Positions 19,485 to 31,000 of a DNA stretch of 64,000 nucleotides are shown in pieces. Made by a program: the position numbers and the translations under genes. Origin of the DNA: the human T2T-CHM13v2.0 reference genome, Homo sapiens; assembly GCF_009914755.1 (NCBI RefSeq), contig NC_060933.1. One strand, given 5' to 3'. The notes beneath the pieces are model-generated. The model ran no database searches, had not been told where the DNA came from, and saw only the letters and a list, made by a program, of their open reading frames with translations. How positions within the stretch are numbered: position 1 is the first letter of the stretch; the number at the start of each line of letters is the position of its first letter.

Positions 19485-20814
19485 CTGATACATTCATTCC
19501 ATTTTGGAGGTATTGCAAATATGCTGAATCAATGAACTTCTTCAGTATTTTTCATTGTATTAGTACAAATTTAACCTAATAGTATTCTTCTGCATGTTAT
19601 TTCCCTTTGTGCTTCCTTTAATGCAATGAAGCTGTAGTTACCAAATAGAGTGCTCTAAAAGGGCAAGGCTTGTCTGTGAATTGAGCCTAGCATAAAATTG
19701 GCTCTCAGTGAAGACCTGTTGAACATTTCATGAATGCATCAACATCATAATCCTTCATGTGCTTGTAAGCAATTATTAAAATTTTCTCTGGCCTATTCAG
19801 GCCTGTGTTCTTCAAAATTCTTCAAAATATATGGACGTGTCTGCTCTTTCTATTAGGTTTTAACTTCTGGTGTCAGAAACCAGGGCTGTTTTTCTTAATT
19901 TGTGTCCTAAAACCACAGTAGGGTTGTATGCACAGTAGGGTTGTGATAATGCTTAATAAATATATAAAAAGATTAATATCCATTCATTTACATTTTCTTA
20001 ATAAAACCCAATTTCTGGATGAGTAGCTGTGAAACTCAACTGGACGAGCTCTGACTAGTGTTAAGTATAGTATATTGGGAAAAGGGCTTCTGTATGCAAC
20101 ATATATGTGAGGCAAATGAGAAATATTAGCTAGGCTACATTAAATCTCAATGACATAATAGAAATTTTATTATCCAGGTAGCAAAAATGAAGTCAAAAAA
20201 ATAAATAAGAGAATGAAGTGAAGGTATGGGGCAAAACAATTAGTTTTTTCTTTAAGTCAATATTTTAGAAGATAGCTTTTGAAGGCCCAATCACACAGAT
20301 AATTGACACTTCGACTTTTCTTTGCACTGTGTTAGACTTAGGTAAAAGAATGTCTCAGGACTGTACCTTCATGTAGAAAATGTAATTAATAGCAAATTGC
20401 ATAAAAGTACACTAAAATTTTTACATCATTTTAATAAATTTCTTGAGATTTTACTTTATTGTGTCATTAAAACACAGGATTTAAGGAAGATATATATAAT
20501 AAAGGAAAATAGTAAGTTATCATTCTTGTGTAAACATGTTTTGTAAATACTATTTCAACAAAGATTTAAAAGTTAATTACAAAGATATAAAGTTATGAAG
20601 TATTATATAAACAGGATTCATAATTTTGTTTTAAATGGTCTTTTCATGTATCAAAATACTATCAGTTTAAAACAATCTTTTTTTTTTAAGGCAGTAGGCT
20701 CTGTTTACCATCATTTACAATTACTTTAATTAGAATTTTCTTCACTTTCAGTATATTCAAGAGCTATTCTGTTGGCAATAATTTTTAAGATAAAGTTTAT
20801 CCAAATAGAAAAGT

Positions 20815-21057
20815 AATTATATAATGATTAAGAGCCAGAATGTCTGGGTTCAAATTCCAGTTCTGCTACTTATCAGGTATAAGAATTTGGGCAAATGTCT
20901 TAGTTTCTCTGTGCTTCAGTTTCCTGATCTGTAAAACTGGGATAACAAGACTACCTGCCTCAATCTGTGGTTATGAGTAAATGAGTTAATACATAAGAGC
21001 AATGCAATAATCCTTGGCATGTGGTATGAGTTCAATAAACATTAGCTATTATTATTA
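20815..21057 (+). mobile_element. MIR
   Basis: Core 'ctgggttcaaattcc...tctctgtgcttcagtttcctgatctgtaaaa...ggataa'. Confidence 0.85.
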
Positions 21058-21619
21058 TAGTAAATTAGAAATTTAATTCTAGAGAATAAAAAGCTGAACT
21101 CAAATATGTAACTATTTATTTGATACAGACATATTTTCTACAAAATAAAAAACCGTCAGTTTGCACTTCCCTTATATAATGACTATTCTGGTGTTTGTGT
21201 GTATCTGTTGTGGGTCGGGGTCTTGGGCTGAGTAAATAATCACATTAAAAATTTTAAAAACTTCCGATTAAAACAGAAATAAGAACAAACGGCCATTCGT
21301 GGATCATTTGCAAAGCTGAACGAATACTTGACATGTCTTTCTGTGATTCCTTGCAGATATCATGGAAATCAGGACAGTAGCAGTTGGGATTGTGGCAATC
21401 AAAGGGGTGGAAAGTGAATTCTATCTTGCAACGAACGAGGAAGGAAAACTCTATGCAAAGGTATTGATAATTGATAGCTTAGGCTTAATTTTTAAAACTC
21501 TTTTGTTGAAATATCTCACCATTCTGAAAAGTAAAAATGGACTTAATTTATCTCCAACTGTATAATTTAATGATTTTATTAAAACACTTTATACTCAAAC
21601 ATTAAGAAAAAATGTTTTC

Positions 21620-21725
21620 TGTGTGACTTTGGACAAATGGCTTGTTCTTTGGATTTTGGTTTCTTCATCTGTAAAATGAGTTGAATTAGCTGACCTCTAA
21701 GGATCCTGCCAGCTCTAAAATTCCA
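21620..21725 (+). mobile_element. MIR/MIR3 fragment in the FGF7P intron
   Basis: 'gtgtgactttggacaa...gtttcttcatctgtaaaatgag...ctctaag'. Confidence 0.7.
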
Positions 21726-22517
21726 TGTGCATTTTAGATATTTAAAATCCAAAATTTCCATTTGCCAGTATTAAAGCTCTTTTTGTTAAAGTTCACTCAA
21801 TTTGCACATTGCTGACATGAAAATTCTTGGGAAAAAATCTTGAAATGTTTAGTTCATTCATCAATATCAATCTGACAATCATGGGCTTTGAACTGTAATT
21901 ATTCACATTGTTCCCACTTCACTACAATGCAAAATATGTAACAGTTCATCTCACTGTAATAAAATATAATTGGCTTTCCTTTATATTCCCGCAGCTCAGC
22001 ATAATGCCTGGAACAGGCTAATTGTATAATGATACAGGTTTAACTGAATGAACAAATGGTTGCATGGATGAACAAACAAATTAACCTTTTATCTTCCATT
22101 ACCATTGAAGACAATGTAGAAGTAAATAAAGAAAAGTTGTGAAACAAGTCTCTCACCTGAGGGAGGCAGAGGTTCTGCTAATTATAGCAAATTTCCAGTG
22201 GTTAAAGAATGAGTGATGTGGGAATAGTAATATGAGGCCTGTTACTTAGGGGGAAATAGGTCCTAATTTTAAAGAATAGTTGACATGAACTTCCAAAAAG
22301 CTACACATATTTCATAACTAGCTGTGTATTATGTGGTGTTTCTATTTCAAATTTAAGATACCTTTTAATGCAAATATACTACATAAGTCTAGCTAATAAA
22401 CCACATTAGGCCTGCTCAATCTGAGGGTTAAAAAAAGTTGTGTATGTTTCAATTCTACCAAATATTACCTGCTTACTCTTCGTTTAATTGAGCCTCTCTA
22501 AAAATCATTTGGATCAT

Positions 22518-22545
22518 GTTTGTTTGTTTGTTTGTTTGTTTGTTT
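22518..22545. repeat. (TTTG)n microsatellite forming the acceptor pyrimidine tract
   Basis: Direct reading, just upstream of the AG at 22550-22551. Confidence 0.95.
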
Positions 22546-22746
22546 TAACAGAAGGAATACAATGAAGATTGTAACTTCAAAGATCTAATTCTGGAAAACC
22601 ATTACAACACATATGCAGCAGCTAAATGGACAAACAACGGAGGGGAAATGTTTGTGGCCTTAAATCAAAAGGAGATTCCTGTAAGAGGAAAAAAAACAAA
22701 GAAAGAACAAAAAACAGCCCACTTTCTTCCTATGGCAATAACTTAA

Positions 22747-25700
22747 TTGCATATGGTATATAAAGAACCAGTTCCAGCAGGGAGATTTCTTTAAGTGGAC
22801 TGTTTTCTTTCTTCTCAAAATTTTCTTTCCTTTTATTTTCTAGTAATCAAGAAAGGCTGGAAAACTACTGAAAAACTGATCAAGCTGGACTTGCGCATTT
22901 ATGTTTGTTTTAAGGCACTGCATTAAAGAGACATTTGAAAAGTATACACAAAAATCAGATTTAGTAACTAAAGGTTGTACAAAATTGTAAAACTGGTTGT
23001 ACAATCATGATGTTAGTAATAGTAATTTTTTTCTTAAATTAATTTACCCTTAAGAGTATGTTAGATTTGATTATCTGATAATGATTATTTAAATATTCCT
23101 ATCTGCTTATAAAATGGCTGCTATAATAATAATAATGCAGATGATGTTATATAAGGTATATCAGACCTACAGGCTGCTGGCAGGATTTGTCAGATAATCA
23201 AGCCACACTAACTATGGAAAATGAGCAGCATTTTAAATGCTTTCTAGTGAAAAATTATAATCTACTTAAACTCTAATCAGAAAAAAAGAATATTCTCAAA
23301 AAAATCTATTATGAAAGTCAATAAAATAGATAATTTAACAAAAGTACAGGATTAGAACATGCTTATACCTATTAACAAGAACAAAATTTCTAATGCTGCT
23401 CAAGTGGAAAGGGTATTGCTAAAAGGATGTTTCCAAAAATCTTGTATATAAGATAGCAACAGTGATTGATGATAATACTGTACTTCATCTTACTTGCCAC
23501 TAAATAACATTTTATAATTCCTCAAAGTAAAATTGAGAAATCTTTAAGTTTTTTTCAAGTAACATAATCTATCTTTGTATAATTCATATTTGGGAATATG
23601 GCTTTTAATAATGTTCTTCCCACAAATAATCACGCTTTTTTCCTATGGTTACTGCATTAAACTCTATATTAAGTTGTTTTTGAACTTATTGTTTTGTTAT
23701 TTAAGTTTATGTTATTTATAAAAAAACCTTAATAAGCTGTATCTGTTTCATATGCTTTTAATTTTAAAGGAATAACAAAACTGTCTGGCTCAACTGCAAG
23801 TTTCCCTCCCCTTTGTGACTGACACTAAGCTAGCACACAGCACTTGGGCCAGCAAATCCTGGAAGGCAGACAAAAATGAGGGCCTGAAGCAATGCTTACA
23901 ATAGATGTCTCACACAGAACAATACAAACATGTAAAAAATCTTTCACCACATATTCTTGCCAATTAATTGGATCATATAAGTAAAATCATTACAAATATA
24001 AGTATTTACAGGATTTTAAAGTTAGAATATATTTGAATGCATGGGTAGAAAAGTATCATATTTTAAAACTATGTATATTTAAATTTAGTAATTTTCTAAT
24101 CTCTAGAAATCTCTCCTGTTCAAAAGGTGGCAGCACTGAAAGTTGTTTTCCTGTTAGATGGCAAGAGCACAATGCCCAAAATAGAAGATACAGTTAGGAA
24201 TAAGGGGCCCTGAATGTTATGAAGGTTTGAGGTCAGCCTACAGATAACAGGATTATTACAAAGATGAATTTCCACTTCCAAAGTCTTTCATTGGCAGATC
24301 TTGGTAGCACTTTATATGTTTACCAATGGGAGGTCAACATCTATCTAATTTAAAAGCTATGCTAACCATTGTGGTTTTAATTTCAAAATATTTGTCATAC
24401 AAGTCCCTTTACATAAATAGTATTTGGTAATACATTTATAGATGAGAGTTATATGAAAAGGCTAGGTCACCAAAACAATAGATTCATTTAATTTTCCTGT
24501 GGTTGACCTATACGACCAGGATGTAGAAAACTAGAAAGAACTGCCCTTCCTCAGATATACTCTTGGGAGAGAGCACGAATGGTATTCTGAACTATCACCT
24601 GATTCAAGGACTTTGCTAGCTAGGTTTTGAGGTCAGGCTTCAGTAACTGTAGTCTTGTGAGCATATTGAGGGCAGAGGAGGACTTAGTTTTTCGTATGTG
24701 TTTCCTTAGTGCCTAGCAGACTATCTGTTCATAATCAGTTTTCAGTGTGAATTCATTGAATGTTTATAGACAAAAGAAAATACATAATAAAACTAATCTT
24801 CATTTTAAAAGGGTAAAACATGACTACACAGAAATTTAAATAGAAATAGTGTATATACATATAAAATACAAGCTATGTTAGGACCAAATCTCTTTGTCTA
24901 TGGAGTTATACTTCCATCAAATTACATAGCAATGCTGAATTAGGCAAAACCAATATTTAGTGGTAAATCCATTCCTGGTAGTATAAGTCACCTAAAAAAG
25001 ATTTCTAGAAATATGTACTTTAATTATTTGTTTTTCTCCTATTTTTAAATTTATTATGCAAATTTTAGAAAATAAAATTTGCTCTAGTTACACACACTTA
25101 GAATTCTAGAATCTTAAAACTGTAAGGGGCCTCCATCCCTTTTACTCATTTGTAGTCTAGGAAATCAAGATTTTGATACACCTCAGGTCATGCAGCTGGG
25201 TAGATATACAACTGTCACAAGAGTCTAGATCAGTTGGCACATGCTTTCTATACTAGATTATTAGTATTATTAGCTAATGGTCTTCTGCATTTTTTGGTTT
25301 TTGATTTGTATTGAGATATAGCCTTTACATTTCTACACAAATGTGACTATGTATTGGCAATGCACTTCATACACAATGACTAATCTATACTGTGATGATT
25401 TGACTCAAAAGGAGAAAAGAAATTACATAGTTTTCAATTCTGATTCCTATTCACCTTTTGTTTATGAATGGAAAGCTTTGTGCAAAATATACATATAAGC
25501 AGAGTAAGCCTTTTAAAAAATTTTCTTTGAAAGATAAAATACATGAGTTTCTAACAATTAGAAAGGAAAAAATTAAAATATGAAATAACAAAAGTAAACA
25601 AAAGATACTTTCAAAGCAGTGAACAAAACATTTTGACATAAGCCATAATATAAATTATAATATAAAAACATAAAAACCATAGTATAAATTGTCAGTCTTT

Positions 25701-26530
25701 GAGTTGGCCACAAATTCAGTTTAATGAAAGAAGAGAAGGGATGCTGGAGGTAAATAAATTCTTAGAGTTTCTATCTCATAGAGTTTGCTCTTCTGGTTCT
25801 CTAGACTGCCAAAGAACATAAAGATGTACAAGGGGACCTAGCTGTAGTAAAAGCATACCTATAACAACAAAAACTCTAAAACGGTGCCCCTCACGATTTT
25901 CTACTGAAATTTCTCTAATAGTAGAGGTATAAAATAAGAAGTTAGAGAATAATACAAAAGGGGCCCACCATAGAAAGCACATTTCTTTTCTCTTAAGACT
26001 CATGTGATTTTTGCATCTTACTCCATAATGTATTAGTGGTTGCATTAATATGACAATGTCTGCAATTAAACACCAGTAAGCAAAATTGATACATCAGAAT
26101 GACTTGCAGGGCTTATCACGCAGTTTCATTTACATCCCTACCCCACTGCCATTTACTTGAGCGTGAATGACACACGAGAGATTCTTTGCCTTCCATAATG
26201 CAACTTTACACATAAATAACACAAGGCTAAAGAAAACCAGAACTCAAATTCACCATGCATAGGAGTGATAACAAAAATATTTAACAGTCAGTATGGTTGA
26301 TCACTGGCCAATCAAAATACATCACTGATATATCAAAATGGATGCAGGCCACTGTGACTAACTTGTGGATATCATTTCTATGATCACCCTAAAACAGAGT
26401 TGGGAAAATATCAATTAACTGGACTCTCTGGTTTGAATTCTCAATATGTATCTTAATATGAAATAGCTCATTAAAACTTCATGTGTAACTATTTCAGCAT
26501 TGTTGTCAGCTACTCTTTATTCCACTTCTA
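22747..26530 (+). other. FGF7-derived long AU-rich 3' UTR and 3' flank
   Basis: Continues directly from the stop codon; nearly repeat-free AT-rich sequence with several ATTTA and AATAAA motifs (e.g. ~23320, ~24786, ~25071, ~25753); 3' limit approximate. Confidence 0.75.
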
Positions 26531-26532
26531 TA

Positions 26533-26630
26533 CAGATCATGTCATCTTCAAATAGAGACACTTTCACTTCTTTTCCAATTTGGATGCCTTTTATTTCTTT
26601 TTCTTACCTAATTGCTCTGGCTAGGACTTA
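26533..26630 (-). mobile_element. Short antisense L1 ORF2 (RT-region) fragment
   Basis: 'gatcatgtcatct..ttccaatttggatgccttttatttc..attgctctggctaggactt'. Confidence 0.85.
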
Positions 26631-26639
26631 CAGACTTTT

Positions 26640-29020
26640 TCAGAAACCCCCCAAAGTAATCTAGGGGAGTCCACTGTCACTAGATCTGCTTTATAAGAAA
26701 CCCTAAAGGGAGTTCCTCAAACTGAAATGCAATAAGACTAATTAGTATCATGAAACCATATGTAGTTATAAAAAGTCACTGGTAAAAGTAACTGTACAGT
26801 CAAATTCAAAATACTCCTAATACTGTAATGATGGAGTATAATCACTTTAACTTTTAAAAGGTTAAAAGACAAAAAATACTACAAATAAATATAATTACAA
26901 AATATACAAAGAAAGAAACTCTGACATCAAAAAACATAAGTGGAGGGGAGTAAAGTGTAGGGTTTTTGTATATGATTGAAGTTAAGTTGTTATCAACTTA
27001 AAATAGACCATTATAACTACAATCATGCATTTCTTAATGCGGACATGTCCTGAATAATGCAATTTTGTCATGGTGTGAATATCATAGAGTATACTTACAC
27101 AAAATTAGATAATACCACCTAACACACACCCGGGCTATTTGGTATAACCTATTGTTTCCAGGCTACAAATCTGTACAGCATTGTACTATACTGAATGCTA
27201 TAGGCAACTGTAATACAATCATAAGCATTTGTGTATCTAATGTATCTAAACATATGAAAGGTACAATAAAAATCTTATAACCTTATGGGACCACCGTTGT
27301 ATATGTGGCCCATCATTGACCAAAACATCCTTGTGTGGCACACGATAGCATACAATGTTTTATGTAAGCCTCATGATAAACACAAAGACAAAACATGTAA
27401 CAGATACACAAATGAGAATTTTACCACATGTTTAAAAAAGAATTAATACAAAGGCACAGCAAAGAATCAAAGTATACCACTACAGAAAATAATCAACGTA
27501 ATCAAATCATGCACAGCAAGAGAGAAATAAAAGAACAAAAAAACTACAAAATGCCTATCAATAGTTACTTTAAATATCAGTGGACCAAATTAGTGAAACA
27601 AAAGACACAGAGTGGCTGAATGGATAGTAAAACAAGAACCAAATATATGCCACCTATAAGAGACTCACTTCACCTTTAGAGACACACATAGACTGAAAGA
27701 GAAGGAACAAAAAAAGACAGAGTAGCTATTCTTACAACAAACAAAATAGACTTTAAGTCAAAAACTGTAACAAGAGACAAAGTCATTATAGAATGATACA
27801 AGGGTCAATTCATTGAGAGGATATAACTACTGCAAATATATATTCTCCCAACATTGGAGCACCTAATTATATAAAGCAAATATTAACAAATCTGAAGAGA
27901 GAAGTAGACAACAATAATACAATAACAGTAGGGGACTTCCATGTCCCACTTTCAACAATGGATTGATCACTCAGACACATAATCAGTAAGGAAACAGCTG
28001 ACTTGAACTACACTATAGATCAAATGGACCAGACATATACATGACATTCCTTTCCAAAACAGCAAAATACACATTCTTCTCGAGCATACACAGTACATTC
28101 TCCAACATAGGTCATATATTAGGCCAGAAAACAAGTCTTAGCAAATTTAAGAAGACTGAGATCTCACCAAGTATTCTTTTTGACTACAGTGGCATGAAAC
28201 TGAAAATTAAAAACAGGAGAAAACTTAGAAAAGTGACAAATATGTGGAAATCAACCAACACACTCCTGAATAACCAGTAGATCAAAGAAAACATCAAAAA
28301 AGAAATAAAATATCTTGAGACAAACTAAAATGAAAGCACGACATACTAAAACTGATGAGATGAAGCAAAAGCCGTTCTAAGAGAGGGAAGTTTATACAGA
28401 TAAGTGCTAAATGAAGAAAAAAGATCTCAAATAAACCTCAAAAAATAGAGAAAAAAAATCAAGCCCAAAATTAGAAGAAGGAAATAACAAAGATCATAGC
28501 AGAAATAAATGAAATAGACTAGAAAAACAATAGCAAAGATCAATGAAACGAAGAGCTGATGTTTTGAAAAGATAATAAAAATTGACCAACCTATCACTAG
28601 GCTAAGAAAAAAGAAATCTTAAGTAAATAAAATTAGAACAAAAAAGGAGATATTAAAATTGGTACCATAGAAATACAAAGGATAATAATAGTCTACTCTA
28701 AACAACTATGTGTCAACAAATTGTTTAACTTAGAATAATTTCTAGAAACATACATCCACTAAGACTGAAACATGAAGAAATAGAAAATAAAAACAGATAA
28801 ATAATGAGTAAAAATATTGAGTCAGTAGTCAAAAAGCTCCTGAAAAAGGAAAATCCAAGACCAGATAGCTTAGTGGAGAATTCTACCAAATGTTTAAAGA
28901 AGAATTAATACCATTTCTTCACAAACTCTTCCAAAAGTTGAAGAGGAGGGAACACTTCCAAACATTTTTTATGAGGCCAGCATTACCCTGATAACAAGGA
29001 CAGAAAAGGACACTACAAGG
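26640..29020 (+). mobile_element. Old L1 (L1M-type), ORF1 end to ORF2 5' half, interrupted by Tigger3a
   Basis: ORFs 'YTFFSSIHSTFSNIGHILGQKTSLSKFKK'; 'gagaattctaccaaatgtttaaagaagaattaatacc'. Confidence 0.9.
27020..27347 (-). mobile_element. Tigger3a/MER7-type DNA transposon MITE
   Basis: Reverse complement of the Tigger3 5' end ('ggtcaatgatgggccacatatacaacggtggtcccataag'); ~330 bp. Confidence 0.8.
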
Positions 29021-29141
29021 ATGACAGAGATTTTTAAGGTACAAATGATGTATTGTTGGAATTGAAAATACAGGCTTTGTTAGTACAAAGATTTGTGTGT
29101 GGATAGGTGGATGTGTACTGGTGTGTGCATGCATACATATA

Positions 29142-29670
29142 CAAGCTTACCTTGTTTTATTACACTTCACATTATTATGCTTCTCGGATATTGCAGTTTG
29201 TACAGGTTGAAGGTTTGTGGCAACCCTGCACCAAGCAAGTCTACCAGTGCCACTTTTCTGGTAGCATGTGCTTATTTTGCACCTCTGTGTTACATTTTTG
29301 TAATTCTTGCAATATTTCAGATGTTTTGTTATTATTATATCTGTTATGGTGATCTGTTATCAGTGATCGTTGATATTACTATTGTCATTGTTTTGGGGCA
29401 TCACAAGCCATGCTCCAAAAGACAATGAGCTTAATTGATACATATGTGTATTCGAATGGTTCCATCGATCTGCCCTTCCTCCATCTCACCCTCTCCTCAG
29501 GTCTGTTTTCTGAGACACAGCAATATTGAAATTAGGCCAATTAATAACTCTATAAAGGCCTCTATGTGTTCAAGTGAAAGTAAGAGTCACACATCTCTTA
29601 TTATAAATCTAAAGTGAGAAATGATTAAGCTGAGTGAGGAAGGTATGTTAAAAGCCGAGACAGGCCAAAA
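29142..29670 (+). mobile_element. Tigger1 5' part, including the start of the decayed transposase; truncated
   Basis: Start 'caagcttaccttgttttatt'; 'gaaggtttgtggcaaccctgc'; 'gcctctatgtgttcaagtgaaag...gattaagctgagtgaggaagg'. Confidence 0.88.
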
Positions 29671-29671
29671 G

Positions 29672-29767
29672 GCCCAGGCTGGTCTCGAACTCCTGACCTC
29701 AAGCAATCCACCTGCCGCAGCCTCCCCAGGTAGCTGAGATTAAAGGCATGAGCCACCATGTCCAGCT
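29672..29767 (-). mobile_element. Partial Alu left monomer fused to the truncated Tigger1
   Basis: 'gcccaggctggtctcgaactcctgacctcaagc...gagccaccatgtccagc'. Confidence 0.85.
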
Positions 29768-29849
29768 TCTATGCATTATTTTAAATGGAGTATTGAAGAC
29801 TCTGTTACTGTAGAACTATTTCTAACTTCAATTCTGTCAACATTTGGGT

Positions 29850-30270
29850 CACAGGCCTTAATGTGATTACACGCTGGTCTGATGCTCATGGCCAGGACAT
29901 TTTGTTTTCCTGTTGGACATAAACAATCTCACAGAATATCAACTTCAGAAGGTTAATCTGAGACCGTGATAAGTGCAAACAAAAACAAGTGCACTTTATA
30001 ATGTTGTCTAAGTGCAGATAAAAAACAAGGTCTTGATGCCACCCACAAAATACTTAATAATCATATTGCTCCTGCTTTCTGACAGCATCCAATCTAAAGT
30101 CTTCACTTTCTGAGATCCTGTCCGAAATCAACCAATTAAAGCCCAAATCGTATAATAGTTTCTCTCTAACTCCTCCCACTGAGATGACCCATAGTACCCC
30201 ATTCCTTGCTGCAATGTAATTATATTTAATTACAAGTGTGCCCCTGGTAGTCTTTAACTGAAGGGCACTG
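29850..30270 (+). mobile_element. Old ERV1-class solo LTR (LTR54-like)
   Basis: 'ggacataaacaatctcacagaa..aaacaaaaacaag', CCAAT-like 'aaccaatt', 3' 'ccttgctgcaa...ggtagtcttt'; family assignment tentative. Confidence 0.45.
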
Positions 30271-30339
30271 ACTGGGTCACTGGTGAAGTTCCCCGCAGGA
30301 ACTGAGTCAGACCCCATCTCAGGGCCCTGCACAAGATAG

Positions 30340-31000
30340 GTGCCTGCTCTAAGGCGTGGACCCTCGCCACAGCCCTGGCCCGTCTTGACGGGCGAGGGTT
30401 ACTGTACTTGTCCCAACCATACAGATGAGAAAGCTGAGACTCAGGGCCAGCAACCCGGGTCCCAGCGGAGCGCCCGGCACACGCCGACACTTCAGCACCA
30501 GTGGCGGTGGCCACCACTGTGCGCGGAGATGGCTGCGACGCGTGCGCAGGTAAAGTCCATCCGTGCCTTGCCTCCCACCGGCGCCTTCCCCGGCCTCTGG
30601 TTTTTGTCCCCGCCAGCGGCTCCGACTCCATCTCGTCCTTTTCCAGTCTAGTGTTTTTTTCCAGATCTCGATCCCAAACTCCCTCCTGCCAGAATCTGGA
30701 CCCGAATCCACCCATTGCCCGTTTTCCGCTGCCGCTGGAGAGAATCTCTGAGGTCCCCAGGAGAGCCTGCCTGCACGGAAGAGACGCCTCCTCGGTATGG
30801 CCGCCCCCGGAGAGGAGCGATTAAGTGCAGACCTCCATGTTGCTCTTGAGCCTGAGCGGCTTCAGGGAGCCATGTTTGTTACTGGCGGGCGCCGACCTCA
30901 CTGAGCATGTGCAGCCCTGGCCGGGCGGCCTCAAAGTTCTGACATCACAGGGCGGTTCCTGAAGTGGACGTAGTTGTAAGAGCTAGTTATTTTAGACAAT
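30340..31000 (+). promoter_or_regulatory. CpG island / promoter, probably the 5' end of a GLIDR/FAM88-family lncRNA; donor cag|gtaaag at 30549/30550
   Basis: Dense CpG and high GC in an otherwise CpG-depleted window; GC boxes 30923 and 30950; position ~4 kb downstream of an FGF7P fits the recalled FGF7P3-GLIDR arrangement (not verified). Confidence 0.75.

Larger units (their letters stand above)
21357..22746 (+). pseudogene. FGF7P: Unprocessed partial FGF7 (KGF) duplicate, FGF7P/KGFLP family: exon 21357-21460 (104 bp) and last coding exon 22552-22746; spliced 97-aa ORF from ATG 21362
   Basis: ttgcag|ATATCATGGAAATCAGG...GCAAAG|gtattg and ttaacag|AAGGAATAC...ATGGCAATAACTTAA; translation [33 protein letters not shown]+[64 protein letters not shown] matches the FGF7 C-terminal half; no signal-peptide exon in the window; paralogue number not determined. 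Confidence 0.95.

Noticed and set aside
21362-21565. 67-aa ORF as a standalone gene
   Set aside because: It is the FGF7P exon reading through the donor into the intron
21357-22746. Call as the functional FGF7 gene
   Set aside because: Several substitutions relative to recalled FGF7, including a cysteine and core residues, plus a mosaic downstream context; fits a duplicate
30254-30824. Several 100-153 aa overlapping ORFs in the first CpG island
   Set aside because: Expected in GC-rich DNA; no recognisable domain
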